A DNA stretch of 64,000 nucleotides from the human T2T-CHM13v2.0 reference genome, Homo sapiens. The notes under the pieces were generated by a model. The model made no database searches, was not told where the DNA came from, and was given only the letters and a program-made list of their open reading frames with translations. Where the stretch lies: the NCBI RefSeq assembly GCF_009914755.1, contig NC_060935.1; one strand, given 5' to 3'. This document shows positions 25,721-41,265 of this stretch, in pieces. Both the position numbers and the translations under genes were made by a program. How positions within the stretch are numbered: the first letter of the stretch is position 1; the number at the start of each line of letters is the position of its first letter.

Positions 25721-26264
25721 TAAATTCACGAAGAGGTCCTAGACTAGGTTGGCATTATAGGATCCGAGAAACTGGATGCCCTTGGCAAATTCCTTTTTTG
25801 GCCTTAGTTTTCCCATTTGTACTTGATGACCTTTAAGGTTCTTTCTAGCCCTCAAACTTCATTATTCTATAGTGTAGAAGGAAAAGCTTCTAGAGCCACG
25901 AAATACCAAGCAGTTTCTATGGCAACCCCAAAGTTCTGTTGGCTCAGACTTGCAGAATGTCAGCCTGAATGCACCAGACTAGGAGATCCCAGAGGCCCTT
26001 CCTTCTCCCAGAGGCCACCCAGAGGCACATTATATGATTGGTCCTCTCCTCCTCTTAGCTGGCTCCTCCATCCCAGGCCTATTCCTGAGACTCCCAAAGA
26101 TTTAACAAGTGGTTGCTATAGAAACAGCATTACTCCTAGACATTTTTATCTCTGTGTGCCAACTACTCCTGAATATGCAGGTTAACACCTGGTGAATCCA
26201 GGACAGGCTTCTAATAAAAGCTGACTTAATGTGTGGGGAACCAGGAAATAACAGTAAGTATAAC

Positions 26265-27520
26265 ATATGGCATTTGTAGTGGGTTTCACTTAATACCCGC
26301 TCATCTGATTCTCATGTCAATGGGGGGAAGTGATTACTAGTATCCCTATTTCATAGATGAGAAACTGAAACTCAGCTCAGAGAATTTAAGAGGCTTTCCT
26401 GTAGTTACAAAGTTAGAGTGGGATTGTTACGGAGGCAGTGATTCAAAGCCAAGTCTGATTTTAAAACCTGTGTTCTTAACCACTAGTAGTTACTGCCTCA
26501 TAATTCAAGCAGATATCAGTAAGATCTTAGTGCTATAAGCTTGGAGAAAATGAGATTCCAGGAGCTAATCAGGTATCAGGGCCTCACCAGCATTCCAACC
26601 TCCCAAATCTGAAAGATAATTTCTGACTGACTGGAGCTGGTGCTAATGCCCTATTGGATAGGTAAGGCAGAACTGCAGGATGCACCAGGCACTAGCAGAA
26701 TTCAAGGTCATAGGGTTCTTTTGTGGACAGCTACACCCTCCTAAAGTCCTACCCTCTCACCTTTAGTTCATTGAATTGTCACAAAAGACCCATGAGAGGC
26801 AGGGCAAGGGTTATACCCATTTTTATAGATGACATTGAGGCTCAAAAAGTGACTTGCCTAAAGCTAAGTAGCAGTAAGTGGCTAAAGAGTTTGTTCTAGA
26901 TATTCTGACTGTAATTCAATGCCCCAAGCACTAAAATTTTAACCATCTTTAGTCACAGAAGGCATGGCTAGCATAGATGTTACATGAATAATGGTTACCC
27001 ATTTATTGAGACCTGTGTGTCTAAGAGGCTGGAAAGTTAAGGGACTCTCCTAAGATTAAATATTCTCTCCCATCCTCACAACAGCCTGTGGAGTAGATAC
27101 TACTGTTCCCATTTTGCAACGTTGCCTCACGCCTGTAATCCCAGCACTTTGGGAGGCTGAGGCAGGTGGATCACGAGGTCAGGAGTTCAAGACCAGCCTG
27201 GCCAACATGGTGAAACCCCATCTCTACTAAGAAATACAAAAATTAGCCGGGTATGATGGCAGGCGCCTGTAATCCCAGCTACTCGGGAGGCTCAGGCAAG
27301 AGAATCACTTGAACCCCGGAAGTGGAGGTTGCAGCGAGCTGAAATTGCACCATGGCACTCCAGCCTGGGTGACACAGCAAGACTCCATCTTGGGAAAAAA
27401 CAAGAAATGAAAAGAAACTGAATTCAGACAAGTTAAGGGACTTACCAAAATGATACAGTAAGTAACTGAGAGAAGCTGAATTTCAACTCAGACATGTCTG
27501 ATTCTAAAGCCCAAGTGTTA
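26265..27520 (-). mobile_element. Three MIR relics (about 26265-26500, 26780-26930 and 26990-27520; the last is split by an Alu)
   Basis: MIR core motifs tatccctatttcatagatgagaaactga, cccatttttatagatgacattgaggctca and ctgttcccattttgca...gaaactgaattcagacaagttaagggactt. Confidence 0.65.
27124..27405 (+). mobile_element. AluS (AluSg-like), first ~10 nt missing
   Basis: ctcacgcctgtaatcccagcactttggg...ggatcacgaggtcaggagttcaagaccagcctggccaacatgg, followed by an A-rich tail. Confidence 0.92.
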
Positions 27521-28344
27521 TTTCAGTTAATGTTTATAATATCCTCTACAAGAAAAGTAGACCTGGAAAGAATAGCAACAATTTAGTTACTCTTTACCTT
27601 GCTCACACCCTGATAGATTCCTCAGCTTAGTATGCTCTCACTTACCAAATCCAAACCCTCCCATCTGCATCAGCCTGCTGGCTGTGTGTGATGCAAAATA
27701 ATAACAGCTTAAAGATTGGACATTGTTTTTCTTTGACCTAAGAAACTCCCAGTGGTAGGTAGCCCAGGGCTGGCATGGTAATTTCAGAATGATCAGAATC
27801 TCAGGCCCCAACTAGCTCTCTTCTCTGTCATCCTTATGGTGTGGACTTCATCATTTGAGATATCATCAATCCCATAGGATCATTGTAAGAAATGAAGGAG
27901 AAATAGAGTGACTAATATTTAATGAACACTTATTGTGCAACCCAGTCACACCTAGCTGCTTCACCTAGCTGCAAGAGAGGCTGGTAAACACATTCAACAG
28001 GACCTTTTCTTACTGAGGAGGAAGGGAAGAATGGCTGACAGAGCAAGGAACTAACAGTGCTAAGCACACCATTCTTCAAGGCCTAGCATTAGTTCCATCT
28101 CTCCCTTGAAGCCCTCCCGACCATCAAAGCTCAACGTGTGCTTGCTCTTCTCTCAACTCATATCACATTTATCAATATGGCTTTTAGCATGTACTGTATT
28201 AGCTTCTGAATTATTTGTGTATCAGATATTACAGGCATGATAGATAATAGGGAGCCAGATAGATGTATCTGGATATGGATACAGACATAGATATGAACAT
28301 AAATAGATCTAGATGTAGGGGCAAATAAAGATAAAAACAAGCTT

Positions 28345-28800
28345 TCAGATCAGTAGCACAGTGATTCTAAAAAAGTACAGACTCTGGAGTCAAACACATC
28401 CAAGTTCAAGTCCTATCTTTACCCTTAATGTCTGTGCAAACTTGTGGATTAATTAACCTAAGCCTCCATTTCCTAATCTGTGAAATGAAAGATCACAACT
28501 GTTACCTCCCGGATAGGGCTCTTGTGATGGCTAAATAAGATAATGCACGTGAAGAACAGAACACTATTTCAGGAATATAGTAAGTGTTCATTAAATATTA
28601 GCCACTCTATTTCTCTTGCATTTCTTACAATAATCTTATGAGATAGATGATATTATCCCTACTTTAAAAACAAGAAAGCGAGGCTCAGGAAAGTTTAAAA
28701 ATCTGCTTAAGGTAACAATGCTAGTGGTGGTACTACTGAGACATGAACCCAAATCAAACCTCAAATCCTCAGCTCTTAATTCAAGACCCTGTCTTCTGTC
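28345..28800. mobile_element. Tail-to-tail pair of MIRs (+ about 28345-28600, - about 28620-28800)
   Basis: agactctggagtcaaac...ctccatttcctaatctgtgaaatga, then tattatccctactttaaaaacaagaaagcgaggctcagg. Confidence 0.6.
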
Positions 28801-29135
28801 TCTTCTTACCCTTGCCATATCTAATACTTAGTAGGCTTTCTGTAATTGTCTGCTGTAACAGATTCAAATGAATCAGCTGTCTTTCTGTCTTTTGCTTTAA
28901 GGCCTTCTAAGCTGTTATCTCTACTGCACATTGAAATACAGGAGAGAAAATATTTTTAATTTTCAGGATAAGGATCAATTTCATATTAAATCCATATAGG
29001 GTGGAAAATATGATTGGATTTTATATAGAAAGAAATTAGCTCAGGGTGGCCTTTTTGACTAGGAGAAAAAAATACAGAAAATTAGATGCATCTAAGTCAA
29101 ACATTGAGCTGTTCTCCCTTGGAGATGAAATTTAG

Positions 29136-29513
<378 letters not shown>

Positions 29514-29781
29514 GGACTCAAGATATTTTCATAAGCAATAACTCAATTTTGAGAGATAATTATCCTTGGGGAGGGAGGATTAGGTACATCCACATATATT
29601 TCTAAAAATCGAGATATGCTCAGTCCATTGTAACTGATAACAGGAGCGGGAGGGCACTCCTACTGCACATGCTGAGCTGTGATAGACAACAGATTCAATT
29701 TCCTTTGCAATCCTCTAAGTTGGGTCCTTTACAGTGGTGCAGCATGAAGAGTCTTGGGCTCAGCATCAAAACTGGGCTGTG

Positions 29782-29890
29782 CGGGAGGCGGAGCTTGCAG
29801 TGAGCCAAGATAGCGCCACTGCATTCCAGCCTGGGCAACAGAGCGAGACTCCGTCTCAAAAACAAAAACAAAAACAAAAACAAAACACAC
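29782..29890 (+). mobile_element. 5'-truncated AluY (last ~75 nt) with (CAAAAA)n tail, inserted in a MIR
   Basis: cgggaggcggagcttgcagtgagcc...ccgtctcaaaaacaaaaac; 12-bp TSD aactgggctgtg at 29770-29781 and 29891-29902. Confidence 0.92.
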
Positions 29891-30665
29891 AACTGGGCTG
29901 TGGTTCCAGAGTTGGGTATACAACTTGCCCATTTTGTGTTTCAGTGTCAGCTTCAATAAAATGAAGGGAGTTGGACTATCTGACTGTTTAGATCTCTTCT
30001 AGCTGAAACAATATTTTCTAAATCTAAAATTCTGGACATTTGCAAAGGATTAAGTAAAGCATATTAAATGTTACAGGTCTCATTCTATTTGTTTTATCTG
30101 CTGAATTTGTTTTTTTTATAAGGCATCTTTTTGCTTTCACTTTTTTCCCTTCTTTGAGGGGGTGTTCTTAGAGTTCGTACTCTGCAGAATATTACATGTT
30201 GTTGACTTGCTGATTAATCTTTTAAAAAAAATTTAACATCTATATGGTGTTTTACACACTCCAAAGCAATTTCACTGTCATTATCTCACTCAGTGTTCAC
30301 AATTAACCCCTGACTGGAATGATATTATTGATGCAATGGAAAATGAGTGGGTTTGGGAGTCAAAGATCCTGAGGCCAAATTCCAGTTCAACCCTTGTAAG
30401 TTAACGGAACTTGGGAAAGTTCCTTAACTTTGCTGAACCCTCCAATTTCCTCATCTTGAAAACCAGGAAGATGGTAACAATAAAATGGGTTTTTAGGTAA
30501 AGCACTTAGCAGCCTAATAGCTCAGCTTTTCCTTTAGCTTAGAAGAAAACTGGGAGGCCAGAAAGGTAAAGGACTCTCCTAGGTTAACAGCTGCTTGGGA
30601 CAATCAAACTAGAGGAAGATAAGAGGTGAATCAAATTTAATACACCTGCAAAAACTGCATTTTGT

Positions 30666-31016
30666 TGATATGGTTTGGCTGTGGCGCCACTCAAAGCTCA
30701 TCTTGAATTGTAGTTCCCATAATCCCCATGTGTTGTGGAAGGGACCAAATGGGAGGTAATTTAATCATAGGGGCAGCTACCCTCATGTTGTTCTCATAAT
30801 GGTGACTGAGTTCTTACAAGTTCTGGTAGTTTCATAAGGGGCTTTTCCCCTTTTGCTCCTTCTCCTTTCTGCTATCACATTTGCTTGCCCTTCAGCCATG
30901 AAGTTTTCTGAGGCCTCCCCAGCCCTGCAGAACTGTGAGTCAATTAAAACTCTTTCCTTTATGAATTATCCAGTCTCGGGCAGTTCTTTATAGCAGCAAG
31001 GGAATAGACTAATACA
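30666..31016 (+). mobile_element. THE1D-like MaLR solo LTR
   Basis: tgatatggtttggctgtg...tcatcttgaattgtagttcccataatcccc...ctgtgagtcaattaaa...agactaataca; TSD tttgt/tttgg. Confidence 0.88.
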
Positions 31017-31469
31017 TTTGGTTTTCTCATACTTTTGTGTGAAAAATAAGGAACGGGTGCATTTAATAACTGGAAAGGGACTGTGGAGAGTGCTAGTTTG
31101 TGTAGGGAGCTCAGGAATTCTGAAACTTCTGGGTGGCCCTATCATTCATCCTTGCATCTAGTGAGCACTGAAAGCGCATATACTGTTTGCAAAAAGATCT
31201 GCTAGACCTCCAGGAATAATTAAAAAAAAAAAAAAAAAAGGTGGGAGGGATCTGGAAGTTATAGCAAGGCCCTGAAGGCACAAGATTTTTCTTTTCTCTG
31301 TACTTTGCTGAGGTGAGGGAGTCCATCAGGCTAATGGTAGATGCTGGGTAGATTCTTAAGTCATTGGTTTATTCAGAAACTATGTTGGATACTATAGGCA
31401 CCAGTTCTTGTCCTCCTCAAGTTGCTGATGGTCTAGAGCGGACAAGGCAATGACCCAGGAAAGACATGA

Positions 31470-32235
<766 letters not shown>

Positions 32236-34569
32236 CGACAGCTTTATTTTCTATAAAAAGCAATCTGCAGATTGGGGAGATGCAGCCTCCAGGGTCAAGT
32301 GAAAGCATGCTCAGAGGAGAGGTCACGAAGTAGGAGATTATAAAGGCAAAAACTTCAGAGTAGACGAAGAGAGTCAAGGGAGTAGGAAACAGAGTATTGA
32401 TTGGATGATCTTTAAGCCTAAAGTCACCAGTCTCTCTTAATTGGTTGGCTGGTTCCAGGTGGCTGGTTGGTGCCAGGTGACCTATTTGTAGACAGTTGGG
32501 TAATTTCCAACAGCTTGTATCTCTGCACCAGCGTCAAAAACTGGTTTGGCTTGATTGTAGAAAACTTTTTTTGTAGAGAACTGCATCTGTAAATACAGTT
32601 TCTACACTTTTACAGTATCTTTCCGAGAACAGAGAGTATGTGACCACTTTCTCACCCATGAGGCCATGGTCACCTCATTCTGTTTTAACTTTGAGCATCT
32701 CAGTTAGCCACAGGAGTCTATTTTGTCTGTCACTAGGTGCATACTTTAACAAGGGAAAGTGCTTCTGTCTGGGAAGATCACATAGACTTCCCAGAGAAAG
32801 TGATATTACAGCTGAATCTTCAAGGCTTAAGAGAAGTTTACCAGGCTGACAAGAAGAGAAGTCTTTCCAGTTAGAGGTGAGACAAAGCCTAGAGTATTTA
32901 AGGAACCACAAATAGTTAGAAATTTTTAGGGAAGAAGAAGAGGCAAGACTAGAGAGACAGGTGGTCAGGGTAAGATCCTAAAAATTTTAAATAGAATATT
33001 AAATTACATTACCCTATATGTAAGGAGAAGCCAGTAAGGTTACAAAAGAAGATAATACATCTACTGGGCCTCTCTGAGAGATCCTACAGACCACCACTCA
33101 GAAATGGACTCGGGTGTGTAAGAGTGGGAGCACGGTTTAGGAGGAACAACTGGAAGATTAAACAAATGCAAATTAATTGAAAATTCTAGTCACCCGAATG
33201 GTACGTAATTTTTAATTATTTTCCATACAAATTTAGAGGGAAATAATGCACTTTGCAAACACATTTCTATTTTGAAGCAGCTGTGGTTTAGTAGGCTGAA
33301 CTTGAAACCAGTTTACATTCTGGCTTTATCACTTATAATCTACATCACAACAGGAAAGTTCCTTAAATTCCCTGCCTTAATTCCATCATCTGTAAAATAG
33401 AAATAATGTATCCTATCCGTAGGGTTGTCATGAGATTAGGATAATGCACATAAGGGTTTCTCATTCAGTAGTTAACCTGATATATTTTTATATAAATGTT
33501 TTTATTTTAATTTGCCAAATTAAGAAGTCAACTCTCTGAACATATTTAAATATGACTTAGAGTGTTCAATCTATAACAATTTGATTTGCACATGACATTC
33601 CAAAAACACATTTATTCCTTAAAATGAGACTTGATAGCATCCTCTTTGTAGTTTGTCTGTCCCTAAAGACAAGATTCTTAAAATGGTAGGTGGGAGAAAG
33701 AAGAAGAAGGAAACTAGGCAGGAAACTGTTAAATCACTAAATTATATGTTTTATCCTATCATTTGAATCATATGGTGACACTTAACCTTTCTAGCTTTCC
33801 TTTGATTTTTCTCTTTATCGCTCCAGTCACCTCAGACAAACCAATTAAATTTCATAAACCCTTTAAGGATTAAGTGTTCCCAGCATAGCCTCACTTAGAA
33901 TTTCAAATGAGATGCTATCTTCTCAGAGCTTACTCAATTGTTCCTTTATCAACTCCTGTGATTTCCTAATGTCAGTCATTCGGCCAGCCTTATTAGGTAA
34001 TTTCTATTCTTAGTGGGTAGTACAAAGAAGAGAAAAAGACAAATGTTTCAGATGTGGAATTAACAGTCTGGGCTCTGTGCAAAGCCTCCTGCAAAAAGGG
34101 CTTTCTCTCTCTACAGTCGAATACCATCTTACAATCTACGAATCACTTTGTAGTTTTTAAGGTGCTTTTAGAGACACTACAGTTTTTGATCCTCACACAA
34201 ACTCTCAGTGTATGATAACCAGTATCTTACAAATGAGGAACTGTTGCTTACAAAAGGTTTGTGACCTACTTAAAAAATTCAGAATTAGCAACAGGCATGA
34301 TTGGTACTTCAACCCAGGTCTCTCTGACTCTTAAGTCCAGTCTCCTGAAACACAGTGGTGTGAAAAACTGAGCCTGAGAGACTTTAATGAAAAGTCAAAA
34401 TATTGTAAATTTATTTAAAGACCTATTGTAACTGATGCAAATGTATGAGCAACCTCTTCTCTGGTAGAAATGAAAGTAGACTTCTTGAGTTACTATAAAA
34501 TACAAGTACAACTTAGAAATGTGTCTCTGTCTACGTAATTACAGTGTGTTTTAAAGTTTTAAAAACTGT

Positions 34570-34770
34570 ATTTATTCAATACATGTTTATTGAGGGCCCA
34601 CAAGTATCCCACACCATTGTATGCACTGGGAATATGGCAATGAATAAAACAGGCAAAACTCTCACTTTAAGTGAGCTTACATTGAGGGGGTAGATAAATA
34701 GAAAAAAAAGAAACTGATAAATGCTGTTAAGAAAAATTAAGCAAGATAAAGGATTATAGTATTGGAATGC
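34570..34770 (-). mobile_element. L2 3' end relic
   Basis: tttattcaatacatgtttattgagggccc...gtgagcttacatt. Confidence 0.6.
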
Positions 34771-35190
34771 TGTGATTGTTAATGTTATGTGATAGTATTG
34801 GAATGCTATGATTGTTAATGTTGTGTCAACTTGAATGTGCCACAGGGTGCCCAGATTGAACATTATTTGGGGGTGTGTCTGTGAGGTTGTTCCCGATGAG
34901 ATTAGCATTTGAATCAGTGGACTCAGAAAAGTTTCCCTCCCCATGTGAGTGGGCATCACCCAATCCATTGAAAGCCTGAATAAAAAATAAAATAAAATAA
35001 AATAGGCAGAGGAAAGAGAAATGCATTCCCTTTGCTTCCTGCCTGCCTACTTGAATTGGGACATCCGGCTTCTCCTACCCTTAGACAGGGATTTACTCTG
35101 GTTCTCAGGATTTTAAACTTGGACTCGAATTACACACTGGCTTTCCTGGGTCTCCAGCTTGCAGGCAGAGAATTGTGGAACTTATTAGCA
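34771..35190 (+). mobile_element. MLT2 (ERVL) LTR
   Basis: gttaatgttgtgtcaacttga...gggtgcccagatt...gagattagcatttgaatcagtggact...ctgggtctccagcttgcaggcag. Confidence 0.8.
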
Positions 35191-35828
35191 TATCTTTTAC
35201 CCCATTCCTTTCTTTGAAAGTATTGTCAATGAAAAGAGTCAAACTCTGTAAAATATTTAAAGAGGCTTATTGTGAGCCAAATATGAGTAACCAAGGTCCA
35301 TGACACATCCCCAGGAAGTCCTGACAACATGTGCCCAAGGTGATTTGTTTACAGCTTGATTTTATACATTCTGGAAGGAAGAAGTTACAGGCAGATATCA
35401 ATCAATGCACATAAAGTATACATTGGTTCAGTCCGGAAGATGGAACAACTGGAAGCCAGGGCTTCCAGGTCATAGGTGGATTTAAAGATTTTGATTAGCA
35501 ATTGGTTGCCAACAATAAAGAGTTGTTACTATCCGAAGACCTTTCTAAATCAATAGAAAAGATTGTCTGAGTTAAGTTAAGGGTTTGTGGAGACCAAGGT
35601 TTTTGTTATATAGATGAAGTCTTACAGGCAGCTGCCCTTAGAGGCAATAGATGGCAAATGTTTTCTATTCAGACCCTTAAAAGGTGCTAGACTCTCTGTT
35701 AACCTCCTCAGGATTAGAAAAAGACCTGGAAAAAACGGGAGGTTCTCTACAGAATGTAGATTTTCCCCACAGGAGACAGCTTTGCAGGGCCATTTCAAAA
35801 TATGTCAAAAAAATATGTTTTGGGATAA

Positions 35829-36323
<495 letters not shown>

Positions 36324-36579
36324 AAGATCTCTGTTTTAATGCTAATGCTGCTCAGTTGTACCTGGATTCCAAAGGTGGAGGAGATAACAGGCATGTCCAA
36401 GCCCCACTTCCTATCATGGCCTGAACTTGTTCTTCAGATTTATTTTGGAATGCCTTTAGCTGAGAGGAGGGTCCATTCAGTCAGTTGCAAGGGTTAGAAT
36501 TTTATTTTTGGTTTACACTATACAAATTCAGAAAAGGGCACTCAACAACAAAACAAACATACATATCCACTAGGAATGA

Positions 36580-36887
<308 letters not shown>

Positions 36888-36933
36888 ATTTTTTTAAATC
36901 AAAGAAAAATATTTCAGATAAAGTCATTTTTGT

Positions 36934-37058
36934 GCCAAGCACAGTGGCTCATGCCTGTAATCCCAGCACTTAGGGAGGCAGAGGCACGAGGATCACTTGA
37001 CTCCAAGAGTTCAAGATCAGCCTGGACAACAGAGTGAGACCCCATTCTCTTTATTAAA
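36934..37058 (+). mobile_element. FLAM_C / free left Alu monomer
   Basis: Single ~125-bp monomer with a 14-bp TSD aaagtcatttttgt at 36920-36933 and 37059-37072. Confidence 0.88.
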
Positions 37059-37599
37059 AAAGTCATTTTTGTTACCTTCTATACTCATCCTCTAAAAAGA
37101 AATCATTATGAATTTGGTTTTAACCCTTCCAGTTTATAATTAATTATTTTACTAATAGGTGGAATCATATGAAGTTTCTGGTAGTCAATCACTTCTGACT
37201 TAAGAGAAACAACAACTCTACATAGCTCATTCTACTTCCTATATATGATCTGCAGTCACATCATAAACTGTCATATTTCTATATATACAAATGTTATACT
37301 GTATTATTTTACAACTTACTTTGTTACTCAAAAGTTTGCTTTCGAGATCCATCTGTGTTGTTACATATATAACTAGTTTCTTTTAACAACTGATTAGTAC
37401 TTATTTAGATGTTTTCTTTTTAATATGTACTTAGATTGTTTCCAATTTTTCTCTATAACAACTGTTTCTCCTATATGCATGGGAGTACAGAACTTACTCC
37501 AGAGTGTCTAGATTTGAATACTTGAGTTGTAAATTACAGTAGTTGTATTAAGTTATAAATTATTGTTGTGCAGGTTTTAATCAATGCCTTCTCCATTGA

Positions 37600-37850
37600 T
37601 TAAGAATCTGTAATGATTTAATTATCCTTCTCTTCCTGGTGCAGCAAGGAAGACACCCTTGCAAATGGACAGTTTCTCTATGGATGTAAATTTATCTTAC
37701 AAAAGGGTAACTTTTCAGAGCTTTTCCTGTGTCTACAGTTTCTCAAAATAACCAGTTCAAAATAATTCTTATGCCAAAGAGGCATATCTGGGGCAACATA
37801 TTCTGGTCTTCTACAGTCATATTTGGAGCAGTGTGTCCTGAACCCCATCA
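37600..37850 (-). mobile_element. MER34A-like ERV1 LTR, partial
   Basis: ctcaaaataaccagttcaaaataattcttatgccaaagaggcatat...ttctggtcttctacagtcatattt...cctgaaccccatca is the reverse complement of the recalled MER34 5' end. Confidence 0.7.
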
Positions 37851-38018
37851 TTACACAGTTTCAGTATTTTCAGCTTGTCCTAATCTGCACCAGCGGTAAA
37901 TAAGAGTTCACATTTTCTCAGAACTTTACCAATACTCAGAATTGTCAGATTTTTTAATGTTTTTTTAATTTGATGGGTGTAAGTCACCCTATTTCTTTTT
38001 TATTTTGCTGATCAGTAG

Positions 38019-38533
38019 TGTAAGATACAATGAATGTTTCTCTTCAAAGGTTTAGCCTGTTAACTTCCTTGTCCTTTGTTCTCAAACTCAACTTTCTCAT
38101 TCTACATGCCTCCTTGCCTCTGGTTACTATAAACAGCCTACCCCCTTCCCATCAGCTCTAATCAATAACTCACATCTGTTCCCTTGGTTACCTGCACCCA
38201 TTGTTCCCCTGAAACTGCACATCTCACCAATGTACCCCACATCCCCCTTCCCTTCCATATTTAGAAAAATATTTGCAAGTAGCCAATCGGGTCAGCTCAG
38301 ATTGTGCGGTCCGACCGCATCCCATGAGGGAGTGACACAGAGGTAAGGGCTGCGTGTCAGAGATGAGAAAAAAACCCTGCTCTCCTTTGTTCCCTGTGCT
38401 CTTGCAATCTTGATTGACATGAGTGGCACCCTTCTGCAGAAGTAAATTGCCTTGCTGAGAAAACGTTTGCCTGAGTGCCGGTTTCACTCTGTGGCACTGA
38501 GCATTTATTCTTAGAACATTTTTATATCCAACA
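38019..38533 (+). mobile_element. LTR10-family (HERV-I) solo LTR
   Basis: tgtaagatacaa...ctcttcaaagg...tagccaatcgggtcagctcagattgtgcggtccga...agaagtaaattgccttgctgag...tccaaca; perfect TSD gtag at 38015-38018 and 38534-38537. Confidence 0.88.
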
Positions 38534-38774
38534 GTAGTGAGGCTGAGATCATTTTATTTGTTCATGTTCATTTTGTGTATTTCCTGTTTCTATCCTTTGC
38601 ATCTTTGTAAAAAAAAATGGTTTGTTTTACTCATACATTGGAGTTATTTTTGACTCTTGTCATTTATATAGGTTGTAATTTGCAAATTTCTTCTCCCCTT
38701 CTGTTTGTCTTTAACTGTTTATCCTTTTTTTCATACAGAAGTTTTTAGTTTTCATAGAATCTTATCTTTTCCAT

Positions 38775-39238
38775 TGTTGGGAGGAAAACTTTTTTCCCCT
38801 TCCAATTTAGGCCCACTGGTTGGGGGCCTGCAAATTAACTGACAATGGGCAGAGATTAACAGGGGGAAAAGACAGTTTATTTACACTGCAACTGAGAGTT
38901 GCTCAATAATGAGTAATTCACTGAATAGCCAGAGACACAGTTTCTACCCCAATTTAACAAAGTTGGTAGCAGGGCCAGTAGTTAAAGGCTTCAGTGGGAA
39001 AGTATGGAAGTCTCTGGCATTTTTATGCTAATAGAAGTGGGCAATCTGTCTCCATGGCAGTTTAATTCACAGGAAAAATCCTTGCCACAAGGAGTTAATG
39101 ACAGTTGGATTTGTGGGAGGCTCTGCTTTAGTCAGATAAGGCAAGTTCAGATAAGATTTCTTTCTGCATCTCAAATGTTTTCACTTTAAAATAATCTTTG
39201 TACCGACCCTGGGGGGGGGATCTGAGTGGGTCCCCATA
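38775..39238 (-). mobile_element. ERV1 solo LTR of the MER34/LTR48 type (subfamily uncertain)
   Basis: tgttgggaggaaaac...aaattaactgacaa...agattaacagg...ttaaaataatctttgtaccgaccc...gggtccccata; TSD ccat/acat. Confidence 0.65.
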
Positions 39239-39573
39239 ACATTATAAGTTACACTTATTGTCTAAGAAATGTTTCCCTACCTGAAGTCTTAAAGATACTT
39301 CTAAATTTTCTGCTAATAATTTTAGCAGTTTGAGCATGATATGCCTAGGTGTTTGGGTTTAATAAGCTTCTAAGAAGTATAAGACTTTAAGTCAGTGTTT
39401 TTCATCAAATTTGGGGGATTTTTGTCTATCATTTCTATAAGTTTTGTTTTTTTCTGCCCATTCTCACTCTTCTCTTTCAAACACTACAATTACATTTATG
39501 TGAATCACTTGGTATTGCTCCACATGTCCCTGAAGCTGTGTTTATATTTTTTAATTAAATTAACTTTTTGTTT

Positions 39574-40010
39574 TGTGAACCCTGAATATCTGAGACAGAT
39601 CTCAGTTAATTTAGAAAGTTTATTTTGCCAAGGTTGAGGATGCATGCCCGTGACACAGCCTCAGGAGTGTCCAGGGTGATCAGAGCACAGTTTGGTTTTA
39701 TACATTTTAGGAAGATATGAGATATCAATCATCATATGTAAGATGAGTATTGGTTCAGTCTGGAAAGGTGGGACAACTCAAAGTGGGGAGGGAGCTTCCA
39801 GGTCATAGGTAGATAAGAGACAAATGGTTGCATTATTTTGAGTTTCTGTTAAGCGTCTGCAAAGGAGGCGATCAGATATGCATTTATTTTAGTGAGCAGA
39901 GGGGCAACTTTGAATACAACAGGAGGCAGGTTTGCCTTAAGCATTTCCCACCTTGACTTTTCCCTTTAGCTTGGTGATTTTGGGGCCACAAGATTCATTT
40001 TTCTTCCATA
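39574..40010 (-). mobile_element. MER4A1-type ERV1 solo LTR
   Basis: tgtgaaccctgaatatctgagacag...tttagaaagtttattttgccaaggttgagg...ttgacttttccctttagctt; perfect TSD gttt at 39570-39573 and 40011-40014. Confidence 0.88.
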
Positions 40011-40875
40011 GTTTTTAGGTATCACCATGCTTCACTCATTTTTTAATTTTTTTTTTTTTGGTAGAGAAGGGGTCTTGCTAGGTTGCCCAGGCTGGAAGTT
40101 TTTATTTCTCCAGGATAAATGCCTAGGAGTATAATTACTGAGTTACGTGGTAGTTACATGTTTGATTTTATGAGAAATTGTCAAACTGTTTTTCAAAGTA
40201 TCTGCGTCATTTTAAATCCCCATCAGCAATGTAAGAGTGGTATAGTTTCCCACATCCTCATCAACCACTGGTGTTGTTACCAAATTATTTTAGCCATTCT
40301 GATAGGTGAGCAGTAATATCTCATTGTGATTTTAATGTGCCTTTTCCCTAATAGCTAATGATGTTAAATATCTCTTCATATGTTTATTTCCTATCATTAT
40401 ATCCTCATCAGTGAAATGTCTATTTATGTCTTTTGCATATTTTTTAATTAGATTGTTTGAGTTTTATACTGTTGAGTTTTGAGAGTTCTTCAAATAGTCT
40501 GGACACCGCTCCTTTGTTACATATGTGGTTTACAAATACTTTTTCCCAATTTGTAGTTTATCTTTTCATCTTTCAAGCAGGGTTTCCCCCAGAGCAAAAG
40601 TTTTAAATTTTGATGAGGCTGAATTTTTCAGTTTTTGCCCTTAATGAACCATACTTTTTATCTTAAGTTTAAGAACTTTTTGCCTAGCCACAGATTCTAA
40701 AGATTTTCTCCCATTTTTTTTTCTAAAATCAGTATACTTTTATACTTTTTCTTTAAGTCCATCATCCACTTAAGTTAATTTTTGTGTTAAGTTGTGGGGT
40801 TTAGGCCAAGGTTCATTTTTCCCTCCTATGGATATCCATTGTCTCTAACATTTTGTTTATTTGTTTTTTATTCTT

Positions 40876-41171
40876 TTTGAGATGGAGTCTCGCTCTGTCG
40901 CCCAGGCTGGAGTGCAGTGGTGCCATCGTGGCTCACTGCAACCTCTGCCTCCCGGTTCAAGCAATTCTTCTGCCTCAGCTTCCTGAATAGCTGGGACAAC
41001 AGGCGCCTGCCACCATGCCTGGCTAATTTTTTGTATTTTTAGCAGAGGCTGGGTTTCACTGTGTTAGCCAGGATGGTCTTGATCTCCTGACCTGGTGATC
41101 TGACCTCGTGATCTGCCCGCCTCGGCCTCCGAAAGTGCTGGGAGTACAGGTGTGAGCCACCACGCCCAGCC
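40876..41171 (-). mobile_element. AluSc-like with a 13-bp internal duplication
   Basis: TSD tgttttttattctt at 40862-40875 and 41172-41185; ctgacctggtgat-ctgacctcgtgat repeat near 41087-41112. Confidence 0.92.
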
Positions 41172-41265
41172 TGTTTTTTATTCTTAATAAATTTTGTTTT
41201 AATCTCAGAGGTACAGAAAAACTGTGAAGATAGTACAGTGTCCCTAGACCCTGCACCTAGTTTCT

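Noticed and set aside
28255-28320. Periodic tagata/tggata-like tract
   Set aside because: A degenerate simple repeat with no sign of function.
38019-38533. p53 response element in the LTR10 copy
   Set aside because: Some LTR10 subfamilies carry p53 sites, but I found only a partial half-site (ctacatgcct), not a paired RRRCWWGYYY motif.
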